The notes: a model not told the origin generated them from the sequence alone. DNA of 64,000 bases from an uncultured Elusimicrobium sp. (GCA_902794125.1 CADBFX010000002.1:6272-70271), one strand, 5' to 3'. Counted from the stretch's first letter, positions 17,501-27,959 are shown. Numbers and translations: made by a program.

Positions 17501-20122
17501 TTACTGAGCCGGAATGGCCGAAACAGTATTTGTCGTGTCGGCGGGAATAGCGGAGGCCGCATTATTTACCGAGGGTACGCTTGACTGGCCCACTTCATCC
17601 ATGAGGTTCTTCGCATCGGAAATAGTCGGTTCTAAGGCTTTCGTTACCGTGTTATAATTGAAACGGTACGAAATCTTGAAACTTTGCGGATTTTCCGGCG
17701 GAACTTTGATGAGCACCGAGTAATTATCAGGATCTACCGCAGTGGAAATATCCCACGTAATACCGTCTTTCACGCTGGCATGTTTGGCTTCAATATAAGC
17801 TTGAAGCGTAGATCCATTGGGTAACAGATAGTTTTTAACATCTTCCAAAGCGGCTTGCATGGGGTCTGCCGGTGCCGGTGTATCGGGCAACATTTCTTCC
17901 AGCTGGGCTGCTTGCTCGGCTTGGGCTTGCGCTTCTTTGCCCGAAGCAAGTACATTGAATTTTTCGGGAATAATATTCATAAACGCAAGCATCCCGTATG
18001 AAACGGCTGCCAATAAGAACACCACCAACAGCCCAATAACCAGTTTGGTTATTTTGTTGGCTGAAGGGCGTTCATCTGCACTTTTTATATCATGCTGAGC
18101 GTTGATATCATCTTCCAATCCGTCCAAGTTAAGACGTTCGGATTTTTCCGGTTCCGGTACCATCGGAACGGTTTTAATATCCAAGGTGGCTCCCCGTTTG
18201 GACTGAAGCGTATTTTCTAACGAAACTTGAGAAGCTGTCATATCCTTGGGAGCGTCTTTGTCCGTCTCAACCGGTACTTGGGTCTGCTTTGTAGGAGCAA
18301 GCATCTCTTCCACCCCAGTAGTAGTTGTTTGCTTGTTTAATTTTTCAAATTCTTGAGGTAAAGCAACATCATCGGCTTTGGCCGGCGGCACAAAGTCCGA
18401 AATTAGATAAGTAGAGCCTTCCTTTAATTCAATTTCAGTTAATTCGTTTGGATCGGTGGCTGATTTATTCTTAGAAGTTTGAACTTCCCCTCCGAGAGGC
18501 TCTAAAGTGGCTTCTTTGGAGTCATTTTCTTCCAGTGTAGGAATTTCCGAAGAAGCTACCTGTTCCTGAGGATCCGCCGCCGGTTGTTCCGCTACAGGCT
18601 GTTCTGCTGCAGGCTGTTTAGCGGCAGGTTGCTCAGAGGTCGGTTGCGCATCAGTTGGTTGCTCATCAGTCGTGACATCCGGGATAGGGGCGGTGGGGCT
18701 TTCCCCCGGAGCGCCAAAAATCTGATCCATAGATTTATCTTTTTCTGCTTGTTTTTTTTGTTTGTCAATAAAAGCTGTATCTAAATCGTGGGCATTCAAA
18801 ACAATACCTTCCGGTGGTTCCATAGCTGCGCCCGGTACTAATTCTTCCAATTTTTCGTCTTTTTCTTCAGGCGAGGATTGGGAAACATCTTCCAAATGAG
18901 GTCTTCCTGCTAGGTCCATAAAAGGCATTGTTACCCCTTTTTCATCTTTAGGTTCTACATCTGGGGGCAACTGATCGGCGGGTAAAATTTTTTCTTCTTG
19001 TGTAGTTCCAGAACCAGGCAGCTGTTGCGCCAGCTGGGCTTCTAAAGAAGGATCCACTTCGGCATTTTCATTTTTATTGTCGCTCATTAGTGCAGCAGCT
19101 CCGGCTACTGCCGCGGCTCCGGCAGCCGCCGCAACGGCCGCATCGGATAATTTAACGGTATCTTGTTCTTCTTTATCAGTTTCCCGTTCTTGAATTACTT
19201 GATCTACCACGTTATCTGCCGTGGATTGATCCGCAGCAGCCGTTAAGGCTGTAATAAGTGCTTCTCTTTCGGAATCTGCGTCTGCATTAGCGGTTGCATC
19301 CGCTGGGGAGACATCTGCCGTAACCGCATTATCAGGCTGCGGGTTTTCTTGAATATCCGCAGCTTTTTGCTTAGATTCTTCTTCTAATTCCTTGGCTTGG
19401 GTGGGATTTAACAAATCTTGGAACGCGCTGTCATCGTCTTCCTTTTTATCTTTTTGTTCTTCTTCTTGTTGTTGGGAAGCATACATGGAGCTTAACGCCG
19501 CGCTGACAATGGATTCTTCCTCTTCTTTGTTTTCCAGCACAACTTCGGAAGTTTCATTAATAGGGCTGGACTCCATGGTTAAGGGTTCTAACATATCTAA
19601 CGGTTTTTCTTCGGGGAGAGGGTCAATAGTCGCATCCAAATTTGAGTCCGAGATACCGTTTTCATATTGGGTTTTGGCTAATTCTTCCGAATCAATATCT
19701 TTCGCTAAATCATGGCGGGTTAAAGAAATGGTATAGGCTTGTTTATCTGTATCTACCGTGGCGGGGCTTTCCCCTCTGTTTTGGGCAGCAACGGCCACAT
19801 CTAATTGATTTTGTAAGCCATCAATTTTTTGTTGCATGTTGCTAAGTTGATTGGTCAACGCATCTAATTTAGCAAGTAACGCCGTCATTACGCTGTTATC
19901 CATTGCCGGGGCTTGTTGGGCGGCCGGTTGGACGGGTGCGGCGGCAGGAGCCGGTTCTTCAAATTCAAAAATAGAGGAAGCTTTCACCCATTCTTGATTG
20001 CCACTATTAGAAGAGTCTTCGGCACAGAGTAATGTGTCAGGGGTAAAGCCGCTAAGCGTTACCAACTTGCCCTCATCAAAAGGGCCTTCAACTTTATCGT
20101 TAATATAAACCCAATATCTCAT
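17501..20122 (-). CDS. GYF_2 (DUF4339)-like protein with long acidic linker and single TM helix
   Basis: N-terminal YWVY..DKVEGPF...TLLC...EW, a coiled coil, a D/E/P-rich region and a TM helix near residue 700. Confidence 0.75.
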   Translation of the reverse strand: MRYWVYINDKVEGPFDEGKLVTLSGFTPDTLLCAEDSSNSGNQEWVKASSIFEFEEPAPAAAPVQPAAQQAPAMDNSVMTALLAKLDALTNQLSNMQQKIDGLQNQLDVAVAAQNRGESPATVDTDKQAYTISLTRHDLAKDIDSEELAKTQYENGISDSNLDATIDPLPEEKPLDMLEPLTMESSPINETSEVVLENKEEEESIVSAALSSMYASQQQEEEQKDKKEDDDSAFQDLLNPTQAKELEEESKQKAADIQENPQPDNAVTADVSPADATANADADSEREALITALTAAADQSTADNVVDQVIQERETDKEEQDTVKLSDAAVAAAAGAAAVAGAAALMSDNKNENAEVDPSLEAQLAQQLPGSGTTQEEKILPADQLPPDVEPKDEKGVTMPFMDLAGRPHLEDVSQSSPEEKDEKLEELVPGAAMEPPEGIVLNAHDLDTAFIDKQKKQAEKDKSMDQIFGAPGESPTAPIPDVTTDEQPTDAQPTSEQPAAKQPAAEQPVAEQPAADPQEQVASSEIPTLEENDSKEATLEPLGGEVQTSKNKSATDPNELTEIELKEGSTYLISDFVPPAKADDVALPQEFEKLNKQTTTTGVEEMLAPTKQTQVPVETDKDAPKDMTASQVSLENTLQSKRGATLDIKTVPMVPEPEKSERLNLDGLEDDINAQHDIKSADERPSANKITKLVIGLLVVFLLAAVSYGMLAFMNIIPEKFNVLASGKEAQAQAEQAAQLEEMLPDTPAPADPMQAALEDVKNYLLPNGSTLQAYIEAKHASVKDGITWDISTAVDPDNYSVLIKVPPENPQSFKISYRFNYNTVTKALEPTISDAKNLMDEVGQSSVPSVNNAASAIPADTTNTVSAIPAQ

Positions 20123-20205
20123 TTTATTTCACCCTTAAATAAATATAAAACGGTACGATAACAGAATAGCAAATTATCACGTAATTTAACAGCCTTTTTT
20201 TACCG

Positions 20206-21765
20206 CTAAGACTGAGAAGACATCTTGGCCTGTTTGTACATCGCCAGTAAATTGTCTAATTCCTCCTGGCTGGTTTTACGAGTTTGGATGTTAGAAAGCA
20301 TATCGGTCATCAAGTCCAATGAGGACCCGTTTTCCAGCATATCTAACACAAATTGTGAAATACGGCGGTTGTATGTGCCGTTCAGTTCGCCCAATAGTGC
20401 CCGCAGAGCAAACAGATGTTTTTCCCGGTCCGATTTCCAAAAGGTATACGGAGCCAGGGAATTTTCAAAAAATTGGATAATTTCTTCGGCGGATTTGGTT
20501 CCCAAGTAACTTTTCATTAGTTCCGGGGCGAGGCCTTGGGTAAGCGTTTGGGCTTTTAAATCGCGCAGGTATTGTGCTTGCTGGGTGGCGTCTTCCTGGC
20601 TAAGAGTACCCAATAACACTTTACAGGCCAACTCTTTATTTTCGTTTGGTTCCACGCAATAAGGAAGTATTTGTAACGTGTCCGACATAGATTGTTCCAA
20701 TTGTTCAAATGTTTTTTTACCGCCGAATTTTTCGGACAGATCATATTCATACCCGGCAAATAAAGAGTTTTTGGAAAGATCCCGGCGTAAAACTTCCCGT
20801 TCTTGGAGTAATGAAGCGCGTTTATCGGCCTGTTCTAAACTTTCGGGTGTACCGTCTATTAGTACCCGCACCGCTAAACGCAGGTTTTCTTCCGGGAAAG
20901 ACACGTGAGGTAACTTGCTCAAAACAGTTTGGAAAATGGTAACGATATCTTCGGGTGATTTAACTTTCAGATACCGGCAAGCAATAATGAGTAAGTCTTC
21001 TTCGGTCAGGTGACCTTCCAATAATTGGGACACTTTAGCGGTGTCTTGCGCATCTTTTAGCGTTAGTTGCCCCAGCATCACGCGGGCCGCCAAAGAAGTG
21101 CATAATTTTTCATCCGGGTTAAAAGTTAATAATTCCTTGCGCAAATGTTGAATTTCGGGTAAAAATTCAATGCTGGCCGGTTGCGTATATAAAAGTTCCA
21201 ACTCAGCAGTTAATTTAACGGATAAGTGATATTTATCGGCTATTTTGAAAATATTTTTTTTGTTTTGAGCCACGTGTTGATTTTTAGGATCTAACAATAC
21301 GGTGGATTGTTGCAATAAAGACTCAACGGCCTTGGCGGCTTTTTGCGTATCGGAAAGAGAGTCGTCGGTTACTTCTTTTAGGGAAGCGGCAAAAGCTTCA
21401 TCAAAATATTTGCGGGTAGAAAAGGAGGCGTATACCAGCAGCAACTTTTGTGTATCTTGCGACGGAATTTCTAAAGCGGAGCAGAGTTCGGCGATGGAGG
21501 TGGCGTTGTTGTAAATACGAAGTTGACGCAACGCCGCCGGGACAGTAATTTCATCCAGTAGCACTTTTGCCACAATCGTATCAATCATCGGGGAATCGGA
21601 GTTAAGCCGCGCGGCTGCATCTGCGATGTCTTGCTGTAGTTGAGGAATGGTCTTTTTATTTTCCAGCGTGTAAACGAGTTTAGCGGCATAATCGTCGTTG
21701 ATGCCGGGTAACATATCGTAAATTGTGCTTAACATGCCACTGCGCTTTGTCGCTTGATCGTTCAT
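20206..21765 (-). CDS. hypothetical all-helical repeat protein
   Basis: 519-aa ORF in an operon; recurring K(S/T)..(Q/E/D)(L/I)...LA.(R/K)VL(L/I)(G/D) units. Confidence 0.8.
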   Translation of the reverse strand: MNDQATKRSGMLSTIYDMLPGINDDYAAKLVYTLENKKTIPQLQQDIADAAARLNSDSPMIDTIVAKVLLDEITVPAALRQLRIYNNATSIAELCSALEIPSQDTQKLLLVYASFSTRKYFDEAFAASLKEVTDDSLSDTQKAAKAVESLLQQSTVLLDPKNQHVAQNKKNIFKIADKYHLSVKLTAELELLYTQPASIEFLPEIQHLRKELLTFNPDEKLCTSLAARVMLGQLTLKDAQDTAKVSQLLEGHLTEEDLLIIACRYLKVKSPEDIVTIFQTVLSKLPHVSFPEENLRLAVRVLIDGTPESLEQADKRASLLQEREVLRRDLSKNSLFAGYEYDLSEKFGGKKTFEQLEQSMSDTLQILPYCVEPNENKELACKVLLGTLSQEDATQQAQYLRDLKAQTLTQGLAPELMKSYLGTKSAEEIIQFFENSLAPYTFWKSDREKHLFALRALLGELNGTYNRRISQFVLDMLENGSSLDLMTDMLSNIQTRKTSQEELDNLLAMYKQAKMSSQS

Positions 21766-21774
21766 AAAAACCCC

Positions 21775-22332
21775 TTAATAATGCTTTGCAAACTCTTCTA
21801 TTTTTTGTTGAAAGAATTGTTTTTTGTCCGGGTTTTGGATATAGTCCAAATTGGCGCGGATATTTTCTACAGCCAGCCGGATACACGTTTGTAATAAGTA
21901 AAAAGCGCATTGCGCATCCGATTTAATTATCGGCGCAATATAGGGTTGAATGTTTTTTAATTCTTCTAAGGCTTGGCAAGCGGTGGTGGCTGTATCCGTT
22001 GGAATTTGTGCGGCATTACACAATGTTTTTTGCAATTCCGCCGTGCGGGCCGGGTTTTCTTTTGGCATACGTTTGGCCGCTAAAAAATCTTCATACGCTT
22101 TAGCATCTTGCCGGGTAAGTTGTTTAAAGGCCTCTTTTAAGGTGTTTAAACGAGTGCGACCATCTTCGAGGGGAAAGGGGTTTATCTGGTTTTTTAGTGT
22201 AGTGGAAATAGCCATGAGCGCAAGGGCACATCCAAGTGCGCCTGTATGCGCTGCAACAGCCCCCCCACCCGGCGTGGGCGCGGGAGAAGCAACGGCTTCT
22301 ATAAATTGTTCTGCTGCAGTATAAATTGCCAT
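21775..22332 (-). CDS. formiminotetrahydrofolate cyclodeaminase family protein
   Basis: FIEAVASPAPTPGGGAVAA, DAKAY, SD, NIRANL (FTCD_C). Confidence 0.88.
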   Translation of the reverse strand: MAIYTAAEQFIEAVASPAPTPGGGAVAAHTGALGCALALMAISTTLKNQINPFPLEDGRTRLNTLKEAFKQLTRQDAKAYEDFLAAKRMPKENPARTAELQKTLCNAAQIPTDTATTACQALEELKNIQPYIAPIIKSDAQCAFYLLQTCIRLAVENIRANLDYIQNPDKKQFFQQKIEEFAKHY

Positions 22333-22342
22333 AAACTTACCC

Positions 22343-23194
22343 TTACATAATGGTGCCGGATTCTAAGTCTTCGTATTTTTTAATACGCAACATTTTCAGA
22401 CGGTCCTCATCAATTCCGGTGCGGCTGAAAAACACGTGCTCAATGGCGCTGGCCGGCATAATATAGCTGCCGCGTTTTACGCCCTTAGGATCTGTTTTAA
22501 TCCCTAACCATACACAAAACGAAGTGAGGTCTTTAAAATCGGACACTTCTAATTCGGCGGCGGCGCGTTGAATCTTTTGCGCTTCACCAAAGCCGGTCGT
22601 CAGCACCGCGCTGTGAAAACCACAATTTTTAGCAGCCAAAATATCGCGGTGGGTATCCCCGATTACATAGACTTGGTCCGGCGTTAATTTAATCTTATAT
22701 TTTTTTTCGGCCCGTTGGACGGCTTTTTTTAGCATGTCTTCGCGGGTGTGTCCGTCTTCCCCGTAACCGCCGACAGTAAAGAATTTGCCTAGTTTGCTGG
22801 GGGCCAATTTTAAAGCAGCACCTTTTTCCAAATTACCGGTGCCGAGCCCCAAAATAATGTCTTTATCTTTGGATAAAAAATTCAAGAATTTTTCCACGCC
22901 GGGCACAAAATCGTACTTTTTGCACCGTACTGAAGCATGCACTTCCGTGGGCAAAAATTCCAAGTATTTGGCTTTCATTTTTTTCATTTCATTGGCTGTA
23001 GGTTTTTTCCCTTTTTTAATAAGGCCGTAAACAATGGAAAAATTGTCCAAATCCGTCCGACCCGAAATCAGCGCGTGTTCAAATTCCGGACGCACACCGT
23101 ACAAATCTTCCATCGCGGCTACAAGGGCACGTCTGCCACAACCGCCTGCATCTACTAAGGTTCCGTCTAAATCAAATAAAACGAGTTTCTTCAT
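22343..23194 (-). CDS. HAD-superfamily hydrolase
   Basis: LFDLDGTL, GTGN and IGDT..DI motifs. Confidence 0.9.
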   Translation of the reverse strand: MKKLVLFDLDGTLVDAGGCGRRALVAAMEDLYGVRPEFEHALISGRTDLDNFSIVYGLIKKGKKPTANEMKKMKAKYLEFLPTEVHASVRCKKYDFVPGVEKFLNFLSKDKDIILGLGTGNLEKGAALKLAPSKLGKFFTVGGYGEDGHTREDMLKKAVQRAEKKYKIKLTPDQVYVIGDTHRDILAAKNCGFHSAVLTTGFGEAQKIQRAAAELEVSDFKDLTSFCVWLGIKTDPKGVKRGSYIMPASAIEHVFFSRTGIDEDRLKMLRIKKYEDLESGTIM

Positions 23195-23203
23195 GTTGTC
23201 TCC

Positions 23204-24091
23204 TTACTTGTTGTTCTTTGCGCTACCCGTTACGATATATGCACCACCCAAAGCAAGCACCATTCCCGTTACTTTGTACACGGAAAACGTGTCCTGCCCG
23301 GCGATAATAGATAAAATACACGTAATAACCGGGTACGATAAAATAATAGCTGTTGCTTTACTTAAATCCATATTGCGGATAGCCTGATACCAAAAAGAAT
23401 TACCGATAAAGTAGTTAAGCACCGCGCTTGTAATTAAAATAATCCACAACGAGGAAGTATTATTTAATAATAATCCCCCCGGCTGCCAAATAGCCAGGCA
23501 GATTACCAATATGGCTAACGCCGGCATGGCAAATGCGGCCCGGGCCGCCGCGATAAATTGCGGCGATAAATCCGACGGTAACTTTTTAGCAAAAATATGG
23601 CTAACCTGATACATCCACAAACAACCGATAATTAATAAATCCCCTTTGGCTTGCAACGACGTTCCCGCCTTCGCCACCAACATAATTACCCCTAAAATAA
23701 TCAGGGCAGAACCGCCTAGTTGAGTCAAAGACGGACGTTCTTTGAGAAGAATAGCGGCCAAAATCAGTGAATAGATAATTTCAAATTGATTCATAATGGC
23801 CGCATTAACGGGGGTAGTGTAGTTAAGCGCAACCATAAAAACTGTCATCGGAAGAGCGGTGCCGAATGTCCCCATTCCCAGTGCTTTGGGCCATACATCG
23901 CGGCGGAGCATTTTTTTCATTTCGCCGCTACCGCGGAAATAAATGGCAAAACAAACAGTGGCGAGGGCACAGGCCAGCAACAAAAAAACGGCAGACGTAA
24001 TATACGGCGTCGCCATTTTGGAAAGCACTACGTTTAGTGCGGTAATAAAACACGCCAACCAAATGGCGTAAACAGGGGCAATGGTAAACAT
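23204..24091 (-). CDS. DMT/EamA family transporter
   Basis: About 10 TM helices; ALNYTTPVNAAI, LLKER and AIRNMDLSKA. Confidence 0.9.
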   Translation of the reverse strand: MFTIAPVYAIWLACFITALNVVLSKMATPYITSAVFLLLACALATVCFAIYFRGSGEMKKMLRRDVWPKALGMGTFGTALPMTVFMVALNYTTPVNAAIMNQFEIIYSLILAAILLKERPSLTQLGGSALIILGVIMLVAKAGTSLQAKGDLLIIGCLWMYQVSHIFAKKLPSDLSPQFIAAARAAFAMPALAILVICLAIWQPGGLLLNNTSSLWIILITSAVLNYFIGNSFWYQAIRNMDLSKATAIILSYPVITCILSIIAGQDTFSVYKVTGMVLALGGAYIVTGSAKNNK

Positions 24092-24120
24092 ATCTTCTAT
24101 ATTGTACTTTATTAAGAGGG

Positions 24121-24999
24121 TTAATGCCCTTCTTTTTTAACGGTAAAACTCACCCAATATGCTCCGGCCAAGGTAACGGCCAGCCCTACAAATTGATGTA
24201 AAGTGGGCGTTTCCAAACCAAAGAGGGCTGAAAGCAACAAGGCTAATACCGGGTAGGATAAATAAATGGCGGTTACTTTGCTTAAATCTAACGCGCGGAT
24301 GGCTTTGTACCATACCACCATAGCCAGGCCGTATTTTAAAATTCCTGTATATCCCAAAACCAGGAACATTTTAAGCACCGGTTCTAAGGTAAAAGGTTGT
24401 TTCATGGCCCACATCACAATCAAAATTACAAACAAAGCCGGTAAAGCAAATAAATTGCGTGCCATGCCAATTAAGCGGTAATCTAACTCTTTGGGTAATT
24501 TTTTAGCGACGGTAGAACCTGCCTGCAACATCCAGGTGCTTCCTACAATTAATAAGTCCCCTGTCCAGCGCGGGGTGTATTGTTCTTTAATAAGAATAAT
24601 GAGGACTCCCAGCACAATCAGTGCACTACCTAATAATTGGCCTTTGCCGGGATATTCTTTTAAAAAGAAGATTGCAAATAAAAGTGAATAAAGTAGTTCC
24701 GATTGTTGCAAAATGGCTGCGTTTCCGGCGGTGGTGTAATGAAGTGCAATGAGTGAAATGGTAAACGGCAAGGCCGTGCCAAACGTGCCGATAAATAAGA
24801 ATTTCCAAAGCGTCTGACGGGCAAACAGTTCCCCCCATTGGCGGTTTTTGGTAACCCAGGGTGTAAAGTAAACAACACCGATTAAAGTTCCTAACAGTAC
24901 CAATAAGGCCGGGCTAATAACTCCAACCGCAAATTTCCCAGCCACCGGGGACATGCCCACAATAGCCCAACAAACCCACGCTGCCGTTAACGGATGCAT
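24121..24999 (-). CDS. DMT/EamA family transporter (tandem paralog)
   Basis: Same motifs as its neighbour (GTFGTALP, ALHYTTAGNAAI, AIRALDLSK). Confidence 0.9.
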   Translation of the reverse strand: MHPLTAAWVCWAIVGMSPVAGKFAVGVISPALLVLLGTLIGVVYFTPWVTKNRQWGELFARQTLWKFLFIGTFGTALPFTISLIALHYTTAGNAAILQQSELLYSLLFAIFFLKEYPGKGQLLGSALIVLGVLIILIKEQYTPRWTGDLLIVGSTWMLQAGSTVAKKLPKELDYRLIGMARNLFALPALFVILIVMWAMKQPFTLEPVLKMFLVLGYTGILKYGLAMVVWYKAIRALDLSKVTAIYLSYPVLALLLSALFGLETPTLHQFVGLAVTLAGAYWVSFTVKKEGH

Positions 25000-25066
25000 A
25001 ATACAGAACTCCTAGACGAAGATATACTATATTATACCACTTTAAACAGTGAGGTTTGGCAGCGTG

Positions 25067-25297
25067 TTATAACACAATTTTATGCGTAACAATGTCGGTG
25101 GAACGGTTTTCCAATTCCCGCGCGAGTTCCTTAAATTCATTACTTTGCGGAATAAACGTATTTGTAATTCCGTTTTTGCTTTCCACGGTTAAGTTCCAGC
25201 CGCCCGGCACGCGTAGCCACGTATAAACGAGGTTGCCGCGCATTTGAGTCAGTGTTTCGTTAAAGCCCAGATGATAGATTGTTTTAATTTTAGCCAT
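25067..25297 (-). CDS. small hypothetical protein
   Basis: 76-aa ORF with GGGGGA SD and an RVPGGW motif. Confidence 0.65.
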   Translation of the reverse strand: MAKIKTIYHLGFNETLTQMRGNLVYTWLRVPGGWNLTVESKNGITNTFIPQSNEFKELARELENRSTDIVTHKIVL

Positions 25298-25375
25298 AAA
25301 ATTCCCCCGGTTCCTATCATAGGTGTTTATGATTTATTTAGCCAGGGGAAAGAAGGGTTAGTTTTTACGCAGGTT

Positions 25376-27253
25376 TTATTCTTCTGTCTTTACGATACGG
25401 TCTTCTACTTGTTCGGTAAAAGTCAGGTGGTCTCGGTGGACAAACCCGGCGTGTGCAAGAACTTCCTTGCGGATAAAATGGGTTGGCACCCATTTCCATT
25501 GTCCGTCTACTTTCTTTAACAAGTGGATAGTTTTAATAGGATAGAAATCCGGTGTAAATAAGGCCAAATAAGCCGCCAAACCACCACCTTTCATATAAGG
25601 CACATTGGCGGCATTGGTTACACGATTTTGCGGATAAATAGTGGCCCGCAGATGCGGAATATCCCGCAACGCTTTTTCAGCACGTCCCACACTCAGCACA
25701 TCTCGGGAAGCATCCAACCCGTCACCTACCATGGAGCTGGCCCGTACGCGGTCTATGTCCGGTTGTTTTAAATCTTTTACATAAGATACTTTATCCAAGG
25801 TTACCACCCGGGGTTGTAAGGTGTGCATATCAAAAGTTACCACGCGTACATTATCAAATACAACCGGTTCAAAGCGATCTATCGTGGTTGTTCCGTCGTA
25901 CCCTTCCCGCACGCGGCCCATATATCCGCCATCGGTAAATGACATTTGGCACACGCCACCGAGTTTATCAAAATTATTAATTTGAATTTTGGTAGAGGTG
26001 GGCGTTTGCGCTTTTAAACCCAAGAAAGGGTCTTCTTCCATGGATGCTCCGGAAGGTAACGCACTTCCTTCGGCACGGACTGTCCCATAGGTTGCCTGAT
26101 AAGGGGACACCATCAATTGCCCAAATTGTTCCAAAGTTAAATATTTGTCTGGGTTACCCAGTGCCCAGCGTTTTTGAAATTTATTAAAGGTGGAAATTTC
26201 TTCCGGCGCAAAAGGATAATCTGCCGCAATTAGATTGCGCCGTTCATTTTCTAACGCCACCCACTTGGGGCTATTTAAATAAAATTCCGGCACGGCTTGT
26301 TCAAAAAAAGCAGTTTTGCGTCGTTGGGTAAAAAATTGTTTCAAACTGACCGAGGTCCCATCGGGTAACGAAACGGGGCGGTTCCACACTTGGTTAATTA
26401 GCGTACGGTTGGAACTGTTAATCCCCGGTTTACTGATTTCTGTATATAAGATTTCCCAATTTTTGCGAAGGCCACTGGCCAGTTCAGCTGAGTTAGTGTA
26501 CGTAAAACCTTGCTTGAAAGTATAATCTTTCATGGCACTCATTAATTCTTTTAATTGAGCATTGTGAGTAAAAATAGTACCGTCTTCTTCGGCTAATTTT
26601 ACAAAGGTTTCTACATTCTCATTAAATTTATTTTTATAGTATCCGGACGGTAATCGCTGGGTGCCGGGGATTAATTTGTTACTATACATAAATTCCGGCA
26701 GGCGGCCTGTTTCGCGCAGCGGATTTAAAATAATATCCTGTGCTTCTTCCATGGGCAAGTAATACAAAAATTCAATAATATTATTCATTTGCCGGGGCGA
26801 CATACCTTCAATGGCTTCTACTTGGTCCCGCGGACGGAAATAACCGTTTTTAAAATATTCTAACCAATCGTTGATTAATTGGTCTTCTTGCAATAAACCG
26901 GAAGGATATCGTTTGTGGATCGGGTTGCGGCGCGGAGTAGTCACGGTTTTTGCTTGAATCATATTCATAATGGGAATGCCCACATTTAAGTATCCGGCCC
27001 TGCTGGAAGAGGAGGGTACCGTGGTGGTAGGGATAGAAACGGGTGGTAAAGTGGGTGTTACAGTGGCTTGCGTAACGGCACGTTCTACCTGGCGGGCAAT
27101 TTGAGCCGTAGTGGCGGCCTGGGCGGCAGCAGCCGCTTTCGCCGCAGCCGTACCGGCGCGCAGTTCTTTGCCTACTTTAACAAGATTTCCCCCTTGCGCA
27201 AAAACGGTGCAAGAGGATGAGAGTAGAAGAATAAAAGTACAAGTGCGTTTCAT
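25376..27253 (-). CDS. secreted hypothetical protein (orphan; operator-controlled set)
   Basis: Signal peptide VFA-Q, Ala-rich then Thr/Pro-rich linker, large globular C-terminal part of unknown family. Confidence 0.8.
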   Translation of the reverse strand: MKRTCTFILLLSSSCTVFAQGGNLVKVGKELRAGTAAAKAAAAAQAATTAQIARQVERAVTQATVTPTLPPVSIPTTTVPSSSSRAGYLNVGIPIMNMIQAKTVTTPRRNPIHKRYPSGLLQEDQLINDWLEYFKNGYFRPRDQVEAIEGMSPRQMNNIIEFLYYLPMEEAQDIILNPLRETGRLPEFMYSNKLIPGTQRLPSGYYKNKFNENVETFVKLAEEDGTIFTHNAQLKELMSAMKDYTFKQGFTYTNSAELASGLRKNWEILYTEISKPGINSSNRTLINQVWNRPVSLPDGTSVSLKQFFTQRRKTAFFEQAVPEFYLNSPKWVALENERRNLIAADYPFAPEEISTFNKFQKRWALGNPDKYLTLEQFGQLMVSPYQATYGTVRAEGSALPSGASMEEDPFLGLKAQTPTSTKIQINNFDKLGGVCQMSFTDGGYMGRVREGYDGTTTIDRFEPVVFDNVRVVTFDMHTLQPRVVTLDKVSYVKDLKQPDIDRVRASSMVGDGLDASRDVLSVGRAEKALRDIPHLRATIYPQNRVTNAANVPYMKGGGLAAYLALFTPDFYPIKTIHLLKKVDGQWKWVPTHFIRKEVLAHAGFVHRDHLTFTEQVEDRIVKTEE

Positions 27254-27260
27254 CTCTTTT

Positions 27261-27320
27261 ATTGTAAGATTTGTTCAAAAAGAAAACAAGGGGCTTTTGA
27301 CCTATGGGCGTATAGGCCCT
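27261..27320 (-). promoter_or_regulatory. promoter with TAGG-N9-CCT operator (site 2)
   Basis: Minus strand TAGGTCAAAAGCCCCTT (27288-27304), 21 bp, then TACAAT (27261-27266). Extra half-site at 27313. Confidence 0.7.
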
Positions 27321-27353
27321 TTAAATGATTTAACAAGTAGATTTCCCCAAAAT

Positions 27354-27379
27354 AAAAACCGGGTTAAAACCCGGTTTTT
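27354..27379 (-). terminator. tRNA-Leu terminator
   Basis: AAAAACCGGGTT-AA-AACCCGGTTTTT. Confidence 0.85.
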
Positions 27380-27386
27380 ATATTTA

Positions 27387-27468
27387 TGCGCAGAGAGGGA
27401 CTCGAACCCTCAAGCCTTGCGGCATGCGCCCCTCAAACGCACGCGTATACCAATTCCGCCACCTGCGC
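27387..27468 (-). tRNA. tRNA-Leu(GAG)
   Basis: GCGCAGGTGGCGGAATTGGTATACGCGTGCGTTTGAGGGGCGCATGCCGCAAGGCTTGAGGGTTCGAGTCCCTCTCTGCGCA: long variable arm, anticodon GAG. Confidence 0.95.
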
Positions 27469-27560
27469 GAAAAACAGTGTTACTACGAGGGAAATCGGCG
27501 GTAATTACTACTACTTATTCTATCAAAAATAACAACCTTGTGCAACCTACTGCCCAGGGG

Positions 27561-27854
27561 TTATTTACCAGCGGTGGCCGGAGCCGACGCCGGAATTTGT
27601 ACATTATCTAACACGGAAGCAGAAGATTGCTTGTTAGACAAAATGGTCAGCACAATCGATGTAGCCATGAGTACGGCGGCCAAAATAGTAGTAAATTTAT
27701 TTACAGCGTTAAAAGCAGTCGGGCTGGCAAATAAATTGTCGGCACCGGAAGCACCAAAAATACCGGCGGCAGAGCCTTTTCCGCTTTGTAATAATACGAG
27801 TAAAATCAACAATATGCAGACGATAAAGTGAATCGTTAAAATAAGTGCGTACAT
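27561..27854 (-). CDS. secG: preprotein translocase subunit SecG
   Basis: LVLLQSGKGSAAGIFG and two TM helices; classic position between glycolytic genes and tRNA-Leu; start after AGGAG. Confidence 0.93.
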   Translation of the reverse strand: MYALILTIHFIVCILLILLVLLQSGKGSAAGIFGASGADNLFASPTAFNAVNKFTTILAAVLMATSIVLTILSNKQSSASVLDNVQIPASAPATAGK

Positions 27855-27959
27855 GTAAAATCTCCTTAACAAATTATGTATATATTATACAAATTTTTAT
27901 AAGAAGTAGATATAAATATCCCCCGGCAAATTTTCTCCGGGGGATACTATAAAAACATT

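Noticed and set aside
23204-24999. Tandem EamA paralogs as a novelty
   Set aside because: Tandem DMT duplications are common.
27111-27611. 166-aa plus-strand ORF
   Set aside because: Runs antisense across a tRNA, a terminator and a CDS.
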